A stretch of DNA of 64,000 nucleotides from a virus, in IMG/VR virus record IMGVR_UViG_3300023184_000036; one strand, 5' to 3'. Each line of letters opens with the position of its first letter. Positions within the stretch are counted from its first letter, which is position 1. The position numbers and the translations under genes were made by a program. Positions 35,838-46,510 of the stretch are shown in pieces. The notes below the pieces were generated by a model, which had not been told where the DNA came from, did not search any database, and saw nothing but the letters and a program-made list of their open reading frames with translations.

Positions 35838-38150
35838 TTAAATCGTGCAACTTTCACAAGCGTCTTGATCTTCAAGAAGTTGTAAGTTTTTAACTTCAAA
35901 GTCTTGTTTTTGTTCAACAAACTTGCTGACATCAACTTCACCTTGACCATCATATGTATTGAAATAATAAAGAGTTTTAATACCATACTTGTAGCAAAGT
36001 AGTAGGTGACCAATCATAACACTCATTGGAATCTTTTCATCTTCATAGAATGTTGGATTATATGAAGTATTGGTAGAGATACTTTGGTCAATATACTTTT
36101 GCAGAATAGCAACAATTTTTAAGTAACCTTCTGGTGACTTTTGGTCCCATAGCAATTCATACTTGTTCTTAAGTTTGCGGAACTCTGGAACAACTTGCTT
36201 TAATACGCCATGTTTGCTCTGCTTTACACTAATAAGGCTACGTGGTGGTTCGATACCATTTGTAGCATTAGCAACCTGTGCACTTGTTTCTGCTGGCATG
36301 AGTGCCATGAGTGTGCTATTACGAATACCATGTTCTTTAAGACTTGCACGAAGACTGTCCCAATCCATGGTAAACACTGGTGCGACAAGTTCATCAACTT
36401 CACGCTTATATGTGTCAATAGGTAGAATACCATGACCATATTTTGTTTCATTGCTTTTTGGGCATGCACCTTTTTCAATAGCAAGTTGATTGCTTGCCTT
36501 AATAAGATAATAACTCCATGCTTCTGCATATTCATCAACAAGTGGTAGTGCCAATGGATCACTATATGATAGATCATTCTTTGCAAGGAAATAAGCAAAG
36601 TTGATGATACCAATACCCAATGGACGACGATTCATAGTTGAAAGTTGTGCCGCAACAACAGGATACTTTTGATAGTCAAGCAATTCATCAAGACCACGAA
36701 CAGCAAGGTCGCACATCTTTTCAAAGTCTTTAGGTTCCTTTACGTTGCCCCAGTTGATTGCTGACAGTGTGCAAAGACTAATTTCACCTTCTTCATCAAA
36801 GATATGCTTAAGTGGTTTTGTTGGAAGTGCAATTTCAGCACAAAGATTGCTTTGCTTAACTGGTGCAACACTTTCAATAAATGCACCATGTGTATTGGCA
36901 TGGTCAACATTCATAAGATAAATGCGACCTGTATTCTTGCGTTCTTCCATAAACATACTAAACAGATCAATAGCTTTATAAGTTTTTTTACGAATCTTGC
37001 TGTTTTTTTCAGCAGCCTCATAAAGTTGTTTAAACTTGTCTTGGTCTTGGAAGAAAGCATTGTATAAGCCTGGAACATCACTTGGACTAAAGCAGGTGAT
37101 GTCCCCACCTTGGAGAAGACGCTCATACATTAACTTGTTAAATTGTACACCATAATCCATATGGCGAACACGATTATCTTCTGTTCCCTTGTTATTTTTG
37201 AGAACCAATAAATCTTCTACTTCATAATGCCATAGTGGATAATATAGAGTTGCCGCACCGTTGCGAACACCACCTTGTGAACAACTGCGAACAGCAGTTT
37301 GGAAATGCTTATAGAATGGAATTAAACCTGTGTGGCTGGCGTCACCTTTACGAATTGGAGATCCAATGGCACGGATAGCCCCAGCACCAATCCCAATGCC
37401 TGCCTTTTGACTTACATATTTGACAATGGCACTACTTGTTGCATTGATACTGTCTAGACTATCGTCAGTTTCAATTAATACACAGCTACTAAACTGACGT
37501 TGTGGTGTGCGGACGCCAGCCATCACAGGAGTAGGAAGACTAATATCGTGCTTACTGATAGCATCATAATAGTCCCTAACATAACGTAAACGAGTTTCTT
37601 TTGGGTATCTTGAAAATAGTGTTGCGGCAATAAGAACATAAGCAACTTGTGGAGTTTCCATGATTTGACCAGTAACACGGTTCTGCACTAGATACTTGCC
37701 ACGTAGTTGCTCCATTGCAACATAAGCAAGACTACAATCACGTTCATGGTCAACGAACTTGTTAATAGTTGCCCATTCTTCTTCGGTATAATCTGTTAAG
37801 AGCGCAGGATCATAAAATCCACTTGCAACATTCTTTTTAATAATATCAATCAATGCCCACGGATGATAGTCACCATATACTTCTTTGCGTAGGTGATAGT
37901 TTACGAGACGACCTGCGACATATTGGTAATTAGGCGCATCTTCACTAATAAGATCAGCAGCAGCCTTAATCATAGTTTCTTGGATTTCACTGGTTTTAAT
38001 GTTATTATAAAATTGAATTTGACTTCGTAGTTCTAGTTCACTTGCACTTACATTGTTGATATTTTCTGTTGCCCAGAATACTACTTTGTGAAGTTTATCA
38101 ATATTCAATGGTTCTTTACGACCATCACGTTTAGTAACATTAATCGCCAT
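35838..38150 (-). CDS. nrdA: Ribonucleotide reductase class Ia alpha subunit with ATP cone
   Basis: VTKRDG, QFSSCVLI, SNLCAEI, KTLYY and C-terminal CESC. Confidence 0.97.
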   Translation of the reverse strand: MAINVTKRDGRKEPLNIDKLHKVVFWATENINNVSASELELRSQIQFYNNIKTSEIQETMIKAAADLISEDAPNYQYVAGRLVNYHLRKEVYGDYHPWALIDIIKKNVASGFYDPALLTDYTEEEWATINKFVDHERDCSLAYVAMEQLRGKYLVQNRVTGQIMETPQVAYVLIAATLFSRYPKETRLRYVRDYYDAISKHDISLPTPVMAGVRTPQRQFSSCVLIETDDSLDSINATSSAIVKYVSQKAGIGIGAGAIRAIGSPIRKGDASHTGLIPFYKHFQTAVRSCSQGGVRNGAATLYYPLWHYEVEDLLVLKNNKGTEDNRVRHMDYGVQFNKLMYERLLQGGDITCFSPSDVPGLYNAFFQDQDKFKQLYEAAEKNSKIRKKTYKAIDLFSMFMEERKNTGRIYLMNVDHANTHGAFIESVAPVKQSNLCAEIALPTKPLKHIFDEEGEISLCTLSAINWGNVKEPKDFEKMCDLAVRGLDELLDYQKYPVVAAQLSTMNRRPLGIGIINFAYFLAKNDLSYSDPLALPLVDEYAEAWSYYLIKASNQLAIEKGACPKSNETKYGHGILPIDTYKREVDELVAPVFTMDWDSLRASLKEHGIRNSTLMALMPAETSAQVANATNGIEPPRSLISVKQSKHGVLKQVVPEFRKLKNKYELLWDQKSPEGYLKIVAILQKYIDQSISTNTSYNPTFYEDEKIPMSVMIGHLLLCYKYGIKTLYYFNTYDGQGEVDVSKFVEQKQDFEVKNLQLLEDQDACESCTI

Positions 38151-38159
38151 TTGATCTTC

Positions 38160-38618
38160 CTATATTTTTAATTGTTTTGCGTTTACAGTATTAATCAGTT
38201 CTGCGGTTGGACTGATTGATAGGTTATTTACAACCACTCCATCCTGGTAATTCAACGTATATAATCCACCCTCACACCTGACTAAATTAAGGTATTCATG
38301 TTTTTTGCGGTCACGATAAACCTCTATTACCATACTATCCTTTTCTGAATAAGAAGTAAAGTATAAAGTGTAAAAAATACCTAATGCACGTGCAGTATCA
38401 TCATACAAACCACTGCTTATAAGCGTCCATGGATCAGGCCAGTGACGACAATCATCAAATTCAAGATATGGGTCTGTTAATTTGCAATTCTGCCATGCTT
38501 TAGCAACAAGATCCAAGTGATCTTTGTCTATACTACGACGAAAATCACGCCATTGTAGAATGTTGTCATGGGTTCTTGATGTAATCCACTTAGAACATAT
38601 CGAAGTATCTAATAGCAT
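38160..38618 (-). CDS. Hypothetical phage protein
   Basis: WRDFR...WPDPWTLI...YTL pattern; start uncertain. Confidence 0.6.
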   Translation of the reverse strand: MLLDTSICSKWITSRTHDNILQWRDFRRSIDKDHLDLVAKAWQNCKLTDPYLEFDDCRHWPDPWTLISSGLYDDTARALGIFYTLYFTSYSEKDSMVIEVYRDRKKHEYLNLVRCEGGLYTLNYQDGVVVNNLSISPTAELINTVNAKQLKI

Positions 38619-41600
38619 AATTGATAAGACCTGTACCTGTTGAATCGGTAGTGTATGTTACATCGCTGCCATTATAACCAAATGTAACACCAACATCACT
38701 ACTAAATGTCCTATCATCTTCTATACTATATAAACCACCAGAAGTCAATGTAAATTTAGCAAGTCCAGTGGCAACATTACTGCCTCTTGTAATAGTATAT
38801 TGGAACTCAAATCCAAAATTTTCACCAAATTCATTTAATCCAGTTACGAGAGCCGCAGTAGTATTATTTGCTAATGCCAATGTTCTACCACGTTGGTAAT
38901 TGATTGTTCCCATACGCAAGCCGTAAGAATATACCCATTCAACAGCTTGTTCAACTTCACTTACATATGGTATACCAGTGCTTGTGCTTGCCTGTGCTGC
39001 TGTTCTATCAAAACTATCACCGATACTTGCACAACCACTTATTGTAGTATCAAAATATATGATTCTATAAAATGGATTTGCAACACCAGTGCTTTTGTTA
39101 CCTACATCACGGTAATAATTACTTAAACTTAAGAAATTAGTGCTGTTTGTCATATAACAACCACTATTGTAAATTAAGTCCATTGTGCTGTTACTGATAG
39201 TAAAACCAATAGCACTTGTTCCAACAAAATACAAACCATGATAAAGGTTGCTAAATGTGCAACTATCTATAAGTCCATTGCTTGTATACTGACTACTCGG
39301 TAGATAAATTCCAACATGAAATCCATTAATTAAACAATCAGTAATATTAACATCACTTGCATATGCAAGGGCACGACCAAGTAGCTTAACACCAGCAGTA
39401 GTGCTGCCATTAATTGGATCTGTTAAAACAGTGACAGTGCTTGTGTTTGGACCTTGGAAACGAATATTGTTTAATGTAACACGTGTTGCGCTGTCAACTA
39501 CAATACCATCATTAAGACTTTGTAATGTCATATCACTTATTGTAATATCAGTTGGTAGACTTGCACCATTTAATCCAATAAGATTTTGAATTTGTTGTAG
39601 GTCATCTGCTGTATACATAACCCATGTTGTATATGGATAGATGTATGGATTTGCTGTTTGTGTGATTTGTGTATTATAAGTTCCTTCACCACGCAATCTT
39701 GCATAACTTGGAACATTTATACTACCACTAACAATATATTCACCTGCTGGAAAGTATAAAACTTTACGTGCTGCAAGACTTGTTGTTCTGCAATATAATT
39801 CATACATTGCACGATTAATGGCTTCTGTGTCATCTGTAACACCATCACCTCTGGCACCAAAATCTTTTACACTAACAAAGTCATCAAGTTTTTTCTGTAA
39901 AGAACGTTGTGTAATTGTTCCACCATAACTTAAACTTTGTGTTGTCCAAGTTTGTGCATCTAAACTTGTGCTTATATGACCATTATCACCAATAGCATAA
40001 TAAGTGCTACCAATATAACCCATACCACGATTGCTATATGTTACTGATTGTGTTTCTTTTCTAAAATAATTGTATTGACTTGTGCTATAATAAAAGAAAC
40101 CATATTGACCACCAATAACATTAGTTGTGTTATTGTCTGCAATATCATATAGATCTGGTGCAAGTGCGCTGGTTCCAAAATAGATACTTGTATAAGTCCA
40201 AGTTACTGCATCTTGTGATTTAAGATAAGTTAGACTTGTATCACCACTTACATAAAAATATGTGCCGATATAAGTAGAACCAGTTAAGTTAGCATAAGTT
40301 GTTGTTGTTTTTGTAAACCAACTAGTGCCATTTGTGCTAGTAGCAATAACACCATGATCACCTGTAACAATCCAATAATTTGTGGACGCACCGCCTGGTG
40401 GTGTAAATGTATAATATTGTACACTGTTTAAATCACTTAGTGTGACAGTTGCACCGCTTGGATCAGTTGCACTATTTGCAATAGCACTGCTCCATGTTGT
40501 GCCATCTGCACTGCTAACACCAATACCACCAGTTCCAACTGCAATTGCTTTATATGTTCCACCACCCAAATTAGCAACTGCAACGCTGCGAAGTTCTGCG
40601 CTTGTGCCGCTGCTACGAGAAGTCCAAGTTGTAGCATTTGGACTGGTTAGTATAGTTCCATTAGCACCTACTGCAATCCAAGTAGTTGTGCTTAATTTTG
40701 TTATACCAATTAAGTTTTGTGAAGTTCCACTTGTACGTGCAGTAAAAGTAGTGCCAGTTGTAGATGTTAAAATAACACCACTATCACCAACAACTACCCA
40801 AGTAGTACCATCAAAATAAACACTGTTTAAACTCGTAGATACACCACTGGTTCTTGCTGTCCACGTAGAACCTGTTCCACTAGTATAGATTCCACCACTG
40901 CCAGTTAGCACTGTAAATAAACCAGCACCATTATGGTAAATGTACTTAAAATTTTCAATAGCACTTGCTACTGTCGTGATCTTGCTTAATGTAGTGCCAC
41001 TAGCATTTTTATATACATCACCCCAACTTGTAAGAGACCATGCATTTGTGCCATCATTAGTAACACTTACCAAACCATCAACAAGGCTTCGAGTCCATGT
41101 ACTACCATCAGTGCTTACATAAACTTTATTACTTTCGCATGCTGCAACAAATGAGTTACCACTACCATTAGTAATATAACGTAAACCCAAAACATCATAG
41201 AAACCAACACTTGTTACAGTCCAAGTTATAGCATCTGGACTTGTTATAATTCTGCCATTTGTTCCACCAGCAACAAATTTACTATTACCATATGCAATAC
41301 TATAAAGAGCATCAGTTGTTCCACTGGTTTGACTACTCCAAGTTACGCCATTATTACTTGTAAAAACTTCACCAAGTTCAGTTACAAGAACAAACTTACT
41401 ACTTGCATAAACAATTGCATTGATGTTAGTGTATGAAACTGCACCACTTGGTTGCCATACTGTTCCATTTGAACTATACAACACTGTACCATTAGTTCCA
41501 ACTGCTACAAAATATCCACCACCATAAGCGATATCAAGTAAATTTTGTGTAGTTCCACTTATAGTGCTGCTCCAAGTAGAACCATCACTACTTGTAAGAA

Positions 41601-41922
41601 TATTACCATTACTACCAACTATTACATATATTGAACCATTACTTGCAATTGCATTATATACAGCACGTGCATTACCAGTTTGTGGATTATAACCAGCATC
41701 ACTGTTTTTAAAATCATATAAATTTGCTAAATTAAGAATATCACTGTATTCAGTGAGAATTTCTGTATTACCAGTTTGTGGCGCACCATCACTTACAAGA
41801 CCGTTACCAATAAAAAGACGGCGTTCATCGACAGCATAACCTATTTCTGCCTTTGCAAGTTGTGGTAGATTTTCAAAAATTCCGCTACGATGTTGTATTC
41901 TTGAGATTTGGACAATGCTCAT
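38590..41922 (-). CDS. Tail fibre/baseplate protein with beta-propeller repeats and pectate-lyase-like beta-helix
   Basis: N-terminal QISRIQHRSG...EIGYAVDERRLFIGNG, many TS-x-DG-x-TW repeats and SVKDFGARGDGVTDDTEAINRA. Confidence 0.8.
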   Translation of the reverse strand: MSIVQISRIQHRSGIFENLPQLAKAEIGYAVDERRLFIGNGLVSDGAPQTGNTEILTEYSDILNLANLYDFKNSDAGYNPQTGNARAVYNAIASNGSIYVIVGSNGNILTSSDGSTWSSTISGTTQNLLDIAYGGGYFVAVGTNGTVLYSSNGTVWQPSGAVSYTNINAIVYASSKFVLVTELGEVFTSNNGVTWSSQTSGTTDALYSIAYGNSKFVAGGTNGRIITSPDAITWTVTSVGFYDVLGLRYITNGSGNSFVAACESNKVYVSTDGSTWTRSLVDGLVSVTNDGTNAWSLTSWGDVYKNASGTTLSKITTVASAIENFKYIYHNGAGLFTVLTGSGGIYTSGTGSTWTARTSGVSTSLNSVYFDGTTWVVVGDSGVILTSTTGTTFTARTSGTSQNLIGITKLSTTTWIAVGANGTILTSPNATTWTSRSSGTSAELRSVAVANLGGGTYKAIAVGTGGIGVSSADGTTWSSAIANSATDPSGATVTLSDLNSVQYYTFTPPGGASTNYWIVTGDHGVIATSTNGTSWFTKTTTTYANLTGSTYIGTYFYVSGDTSLTYLKSQDAVTWTYTSIYFGTSALAPDLYDIADNNTTNVIGGQYGFFYYSTSQYNYFRKETQSVTYSNRGMGYIGSTYYAIGDNGHISTSLDAQTWTTQSLSYGGTITQRSLQKKLDDFVSVKDFGARGDGVTDDTEAINRAMYELYCRTTSLAARKVLYFPAGEYIVSGSINVPSYARLRGEGTYNTQITQTANPYIYPYTTWVMYTADDLQQIQNLIGLNGASLPTDITISDMTLQSLNDGIVVDSATRVTLNNIRFQGPNTSTVTVLTDPINGSTTAGVKLLGRALAYASDVNITDCLINGFHVGIYLPSSQYTSNGLIDSCTFSNLYHGLYFVGTSAIGFTISNSTMDLIYNSGCYMTNSTNFLSLSNYYRDVGNKSTGVANPFYRIIYFDTTISGCASIGDSFDRTAAQASTSTGIPYVSEVEQAVEWVYSYGLRMGTINYQRGRTLALANNTTAALVTGLNEFGENFGFEFQYTITRGSNVATGLAKFTLTSGGLYSIEDDRTFSSDVGVTFGYNGSDVTYTTDSTGTGLINYAIRYFDMF

Positions 41923-41948
41923 TAGTATCTCTCATTTTATAGAGATAT

Positions 41949-42650
41949 TTATGAGTTCTCCGCATAGAACTGCCAAACTCTATCCCACCAAGTTGCAGTC
42001 CAGTCATCAAATTCATCACCAGTAATAATCCAACGTTGTGGTTCACAGTTCTTACTACACATTAAGATAACAATTTGTTTGATATCTGTGCCAAATATTT
42101 CATTATGAGCAGCAGCATAAGCGGCACCTTGAATAAAATAATCATGAATCCATTCAGTTTTTTTAGGTTTATTGGTTTGTTTATAGTCTATAATACTTGG
42201 TTTACCATTATAAACACCAACAAGGTCAGTAGTGCCAGCATAAAGCTGTGGATAATATAGTGCAGTTTCCATACCCCAAAATTCTTGAAGTTGTCCTTTA
42301 AGATATTCATCAATAATAGTATTTGCCATTTTAGCACTTTCTTGATGAACAGCATTACTACCTGTTTTTAATTCACCATGTTCCAACCAATTTTCAAGTT
42401 GTTTGTGCATACTAGTTCCACGACCAGCGGCTTCTGTTGTGATTTGTTGTGCTTTTTCAACACCAACACGCTGTTTCCATTCACGCAATGCTATAACTTT
42501 TTCTTTTGGTTTGGTTTTGTCAAGAATAGTAGTTACGCTTGGAACAATATCACCAGTAGGTGTCAGGTATCTACGACCTGCTTCTGTTTCTTTACGTTTA
42601 ATTTCGCTATAATTATATTGTTGATTATACTTTACCAGGATATTTGCCAA
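41949..42650 (-). CDS. PD-(D/E)XK exonuclease
   Basis: PSVTTIL, RGTSMH, E...YAGTTD...IIDYKQ and Q..AY motifs. Confidence 0.85.
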   Translation of the reverse strand: MANILVKYNQQYNYSEIKRKETEAGRRYLTPTGDIVPSVTTILDKTKPKEKVIALREWKQRVGVEKAQQITTEAAGRGTSMHKQLENWLEHGELKTGSNAVHQESAKMANTIIDEYLKGQLQEFWGMETALYYPQLYAGTTDLVGVYNGKPSIIDYKQTNKPKKTEWIHDYFIQGAAYAAAHNEIFGTDIKQIVILMCSKNCEPQRWIITGDEFDDWTATWWDRVWQFYAENS

Positions 42651-42970
42651 GAGATATTTGTCCCATCAGTTGATATACGACTGATAGTATAACCCAATTT
42701 GGCAAAGTTGTCAATAACACTTTGCATTTGTCCAGTGGCAAGCGCATTGGCTGTGCTTGTTTGCCAAGCAGTATAATATTGTGTAGCTAGTGTCATTGGT
42801 GTTCCAACAACAGTATTACCATTTAAGGCAGTTGTTGTAGTTTTGTTTACAGTAACGGTAACATTACCAGCAGTAACTGCTCGCAATACATTTAGATTTA
42901 ACAATGCAATTTCTGTTTCGGTTGCTACGCTTGTTACACTTTGTGTTCTGGCATTTGTTGCTGTAAACAT
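42632..42970 (-). CDS. Hypothetical late protein
   Basis: TAAATA upstream at 42987-42992. Confidence 0.6.
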   Translation of the reverse strand: MFTATNARTQSVTSVATETEIALLNLNVLRAVTAGNVTVTVNKTTTTALNGNTVVGTPMTLATQYYTAWQTSTANALATGQMQSVIDNFAKLGYTISRISTDGTNISWQISW

Positions 42971-42989
42971 ATTATTTTTCCACTAATAT

Positions 42990-43922
42990 TTAGGATACAC
43001 TTTTGCTTTTTGTTTTGCCGCCTGCTTGTCTTTTACGTCTGCCAGCACAATGTGCTTTCTGGCTAAAACCTTTTGGATGACTGCAATTAATACTTTTCTT
43101 ATATTTTTTAGTCCATGTTTCAGTTATTTTCTGCATGGATTTTTTAACTTTATATTTTTTACCATCAACAATAAAGTATTCCAAACCTTTTTCACGTGCA
43201 GTTCTCAAAGCACCACTAAAGGCATTACCTTCACTTAAACTTAAATCATTGTCAATTGCTTTTAGATGTGCGTCATTTAGTTTGTTAAGATCACCTTCAT
43301 TACGAAGTAACTTAAAAGCGAGATTTTCAACACCAAATTCACCCTCACGCTCTAATCCACTTTGGCGAAGTTTCTTAATACGTTCTTTTAAACGTTTTAT
43401 AGTTGCACGGTCACCACTTTCTACCGCTTGGTCTATTTCAGCATGTAGATGTTCAAACTTGTCTTGAATGTTTGTAGTGTCTGGATTTGCTACAATTGTT
43501 TTAGGAAATTTAATCCAATTATTATTATAAATGCTGTAAATACCATTTGATATATGCTTTTCGTCACTGCGTTGAACATACACTTCTACGGCGTGACCAT
43601 AAATGCTTATATCATGTTGATCATTAAATGCACCTTTTTTAGCCATAAACAATTGGTCAAGGTCTTCTTCGCAAGGACCATTTACATCAGCAACAAGATG
43701 TAGGTCAATATCACTATCTGCATTATAATTATAACTTGCATTACTTCCACTTATTGTTATATCAGTTAATTGTAGATTTGGAATGTTTATAAAATCAACA
43801 AATGCTTTGGCAATCTTAAACAATGCAAGACGGACTTCTGGTTTAAGGCGATTGTTTTCCCATAAATCAGGATTCAACTTGTCATGAAATTTTGTAAGTT
43901 GTTCTAAATCACCAATGCGCAT
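42990..43922 (-). CDS. Pol-beta superfamily nucleotidyltransferase with C-terminal extension
   Basis: ISGSNASYNYNADSDIDLHLV (GS...DxD) and VEVYVQ; located among late genes. Confidence 0.75.
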   Translation of the reverse strand: MRIGDLEQLTKFHDKLNPDLWENNRLKPEVRLALFKIAKAFVDFINIPNLQLTDITISGSNASYNYNADSDIDLHLVADVNGPCEEDLDQLFMAKKGAFNDQHDISIYGHAVEVYVQRSDEKHISNGIYSIYNNNWIKFPKTIVANPDTTNIQDKFEHLHAEIDQAVESGDRATIKRLKERIKKLRQSGLEREGEFGVENLAFKLLRNEGDLNKLNDAHLKAIDNDLSLSEGNAFSGALRTAREKGLEYFIVDGKKYKVKKSMQKITETWTKKYKKSINCSHPKGFSQKAHCAGRRKRQAGGKTKSKSVS

Positions 43923-43934
43923 AAGGTATTTAGA

Positions 43935-44366
43935 TTAAAAACGTGATGCTCTTGCAGCCATTTTATCAACCGTTGCACGTTCTGGACTACGACCATTACC
44001 TATTGGAGCACTGCTTTGTTCTGGTTCTGGCGCAGGTTCTGGCATAGGTGCGGCACCGCCTTGTTCTGCTCCAAGATCACCTTCTGGTTCACCCATTGGT
44101 TCCGCATCAAAGTCATCACTTTTACCAATAGTGATGTAATCTTCATTAGCATCACCAATTAGTTCATCAAGTGCAGGAAATTGTTTTTTCAAACCTTCTA
44201 ATGCTTCCCAGTTAAAACTATAACCAGCATTATTCATAAGATTTGTGATGTTACGCATTGGAATTTTTGTGCCAGGTTCTGTCTTATTTTGCAAATATTG
44301 CAAAATTGTCATCAAAGTTCCTACTTGACTACGAACAAAATCTGGCGCAACTTCCAAGAGTTTCAT
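43935..44366 (-). CDS. Hypothetical head-associated protein
   Basis: Acidic Pro-rich C-terminus; late gene cluster. Confidence 0.55.
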   Translation of the reverse strand: MKLLEVAPDFVRSQVGTLMTILQYLQNKTEPGTKIPMRNITNLMNNAGYSFNWEALEGLKKQFPALDELIGDANEDYITIGKSDDFDAEPMGEPEGDLGAEQGGAAPMPEPAPEPEQSSAPIGNGRSPERATVDKMAARASRF

Positions 44367-44368
44367 TA

Positions 44369-45286
44369 TTAAACTCTCTTACCACGACCTAATTCGGCAG
44401 TTCCGCCAGCGGCACTATCAGCAGTATCTAAATCACCGCCATCACGTGGAGGCATTGGTGCTGCACCTGTATCAACTGGTTCAGCAGTAGGAGCAGGTGC
44501 TCCACCTAAATCACCAACTGGTGCGGCACCCATTGGTTGTGCACCATAAACACCACGTGCTGCATTATCAAGTGTATCACGTGCTGTATTTGCACTGTCA
44601 AGCAATCCTTGTAGAACTTGCTTGGTTGAATCATTAAATGAATTAGCTTGTTCCATGCCAATTTCATCCTTCATTGCACTGACAAGTGCTGGAAGTTGTT
44701 CATTTTGCATAGTGCTAATCTTTTCAACAATATCTTGAACTGTATCAGCAAGGTCACGTGCAGCCATAGTAACACGAGCCTGTTCAATTTCACCTTCTGT
44801 TAATGCTGGTGGTAGAACAATACTTTCATTCTTTGCCATTTTTGTAGCAGTAGCATACATAACTTCTTTACCACGCTTGCCATAACGCTTTTCAAAATCA
44901 CCACCACGCTTTTTAAGTGACTTTACAAAGTGTTCTTTCTTCTTTGTTTCGCCTGGTGTCAACTCACGTTCGTTAAGTTGGGTTGTGCAATATTCATTGA
45001 TTGCAATCATCTTTTCTGCGAGTGCTTTACGACCTGCTGCCATTTCATTCTTCCATGTTTCAAGGACTTTTGTTACCATAACAGCTTCCATATATTTTGG
45101 ATTACGTTCTGCATGATGAACTTGTGAACTCTTACGAATTGTGTTTATTTGACTCTGAACAGTTGAAAGCATTTGGTTAACACTGCCTTCTGTTAAACTG
45201 TCAAGATTAAGCTGCCACTTATAAACTTTCTCTAATTGCTTATTAAGTTCTGCGGCAGAAAAATTACTAAATTCTTTAACAAACAT
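44369..45286 (-). CDS. Hypothetical head/core protein
   Basis: YGKRGKEVMYATATKMAK module, EQARVTMAA and terminal LGRGKR; TAAATA upstream. Confidence 0.6.
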   Translation of the reverse strand: MFVKEFSNFSAAELNKQLEKVYKWQLNLDSLTEGSVNQMLSTVQSQINTIRKSSQVHHAERNPKYMEAVMVTKVLETWKNEMAAGRKALAEKMIAINEYCTTQLNERELTPGETKKKEHFVKSLKKRGGDFEKRYGKRGKEVMYATATKMAKNESIVLPPALTEGEIEQARVTMAARDLADTVQDIVEKISTMQNEQLPALVSAMKDEIGMEQANSFNDSTKQVLQGLLDSANTARDTLDNAARGVYGAQPMGAAPVGDLGGAPAPTAEPVDTGAAPMPPRDGGDLDTADSAAGGTAELGRGKRV

Positions 45287-45309
45287 TTTAATGTCCTTGT
45301 TTTAGTTAT

Positions 45310-45744
45310 TTATTGCAAAGAGAGACTTTTTTCTAATTCTCTCAACTGTTGTTCTAACAAATCAAGGTTAGTTTCCACATTTTCTAATCTATCATCCAAG
45401 ATTGGATTATATTTTGTTTTTAGTCTACGTTTAAAACGTTCTTTGTCATCCAATAGCATATCTAATTGATGGTCATAGGCAATCATTTTATGGGAATCAG
45501 TATAGCGTTTTTTACATATTAATGCTGCAAATAGTATAGCAATACGGCGTTGTTTGAAAGTAGAAATTGTTGATTTTCCTCTTTCAACATTCCATATACC
45601 ATTGCTATTCTTGATTTTAATATCATTAACCACAAAAGTATTACCTACCGATTTTACAATGATATTTCCACGTTTAGACATATCATTATAGGAATCAGTG
45701 ATAAACTTTGCTATTTTGTTGAATTGATATTTTTCGCTGTTCAT
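45310..45744 (-). CDS. Hypothetical protein
   Basis: 144-aa ORF with C-terminal coiled coil; TTGACA upstream. Confidence 0.6.
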   Translation of the reverse strand: MNSEKYQFNKIAKFITDSYNDMSKRGNIIVKSVGNTFVVNDIKIKNSNGIWNVERGKSTISTFKQRRIAILFAALICKKRYTDSHKMIAYDHQLDMLLDDKERFKRRLKTKYNPILDDRLENVETNLDLLEQQLRELEKSLSLQ

Positions 45745-45779
45745 ACAAGTATTTTATCAAACAGCATTATAATTGTCAA

Positions 45780-46067
45780 TTATAAGTGCGGATTTTTCGC
45801 AATATAAATTATCAACCCTAATAGGGCTGTTAGTAGTGAGCCAATAATGCCAATTCCCAAGCCAACGAGTTTTTTATAAGCCATAGTTTCTTTCTCGATC
45901 AACATATTTTTGATCTCGCTGACTATGGATTCGACTGTAGCAAGTCTTGTTTCCATAGTATTCATTTTTTCATCCATTCTTTCATAACGCTCTGCACAAA
46001 GATCAACGTGTGCTTCTAAACTTTCACGTTCATTTTCATAAACTTTAGTTGCCACTTTGTTCTCCAA
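45780..46067 (-). CDS. Coiled-coil protein with C-terminal TM helix
   Basis: ESLEAHVDLCAERY...GLGIGIIGSLLTALLGLII. Confidence 0.6.
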   Translation of the reverse strand: MENKVATKVYENERESLEAHVDLCAERYERMDEKMNTMETRLATVESIVSEIKNMLIEKETMAYKKLVGLGIGIIGSLLTALLGLIIYIAKNPHL

Positions 46068-46094
46068 ATGCAGTGCAAAGTATTTATAATATGG

Positions 46095-46442
46095 TTAAAT
46101 CATTAAAAAGTGGGTGTTTTTGTGTTCACTGTCTATTAGAGCACAGTTTATGTCAAAATCAATAGTTTCATTAAGTCCAGATATAATAGGAAGATGCTGA
46201 ACTATTTTTTCAAGTTCAGTTATGTTTATGTTTTCAGTAGAATCAAAATCAAATATCCAGACATTATGAAAACCGCTATAGTTTTTACCAAAATCTAAAC
46301 CAGTTAAATCTCTATGAATTTTCTTTGGAAAGTTTTGAATTTCAAAATTGCAATATAGACTTATAGATTGCATAAGTGAAACCCAATTTTTATTTGGATT
46401 TGTTTCTGTTCCCAAATCTATAAGTGTTAAACAACGTATCAT
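46095..46442 (-). CDS. Hypothetical protein
   Basis: Likely start MIRCLTLID at 46442, after the terminator. Confidence 0.6.
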   Translation of the reverse strand: MIRCLTLIDLGTETNPNKNWVSLMQSISLYCNFEIQNFPKKIHRDLTGLDFGKNYSGFHNVWIFDFDSTENINITELEKIVQHLPIISGLNETIDFDINCALIDSEHKNTHFLMI

Positions 46443-46459
46443 AAGAGTATATAGACAAT

Positions 46460-46487
46460 AAAAAAGGGCGGTAAAAATACCGCCCTT
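46460..46487 (-). terminator. Intrinsic terminator
   Basis: Minus strand AAGGGCGGTA-TTTT-TACCGCCCTT-TTTT. Confidence 0.8.
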
Positions 46488-46510
46488 AATTCTACTATAT
46501 TCACCCACTA

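Noticed and set aside
34692-38150. Introns or inteins in nrdA/nrdB (also checked the helicase and DnaE genes)
   Set aside because: Reading frames are continuous, lengths are normal or short, and no intein splice motifs were seen.
39900-41650. Repeats in the fibre gene as a DGR template/variable region
   Set aside because: Protein-level propeller repeats only; no adenine-specific repeat pair and no reverse transcriptase in the window.
41949-42650. Cas4/CRISPR association of the exonuclease
   Set aside because: No four-Cys Fe-S motif, no array and no other cas genes.
46069-46077. Single TGCAGTGCA box like those at 5861-5897
   Set aside because: A single 9-mer with no partner or -35 element; may be chance.
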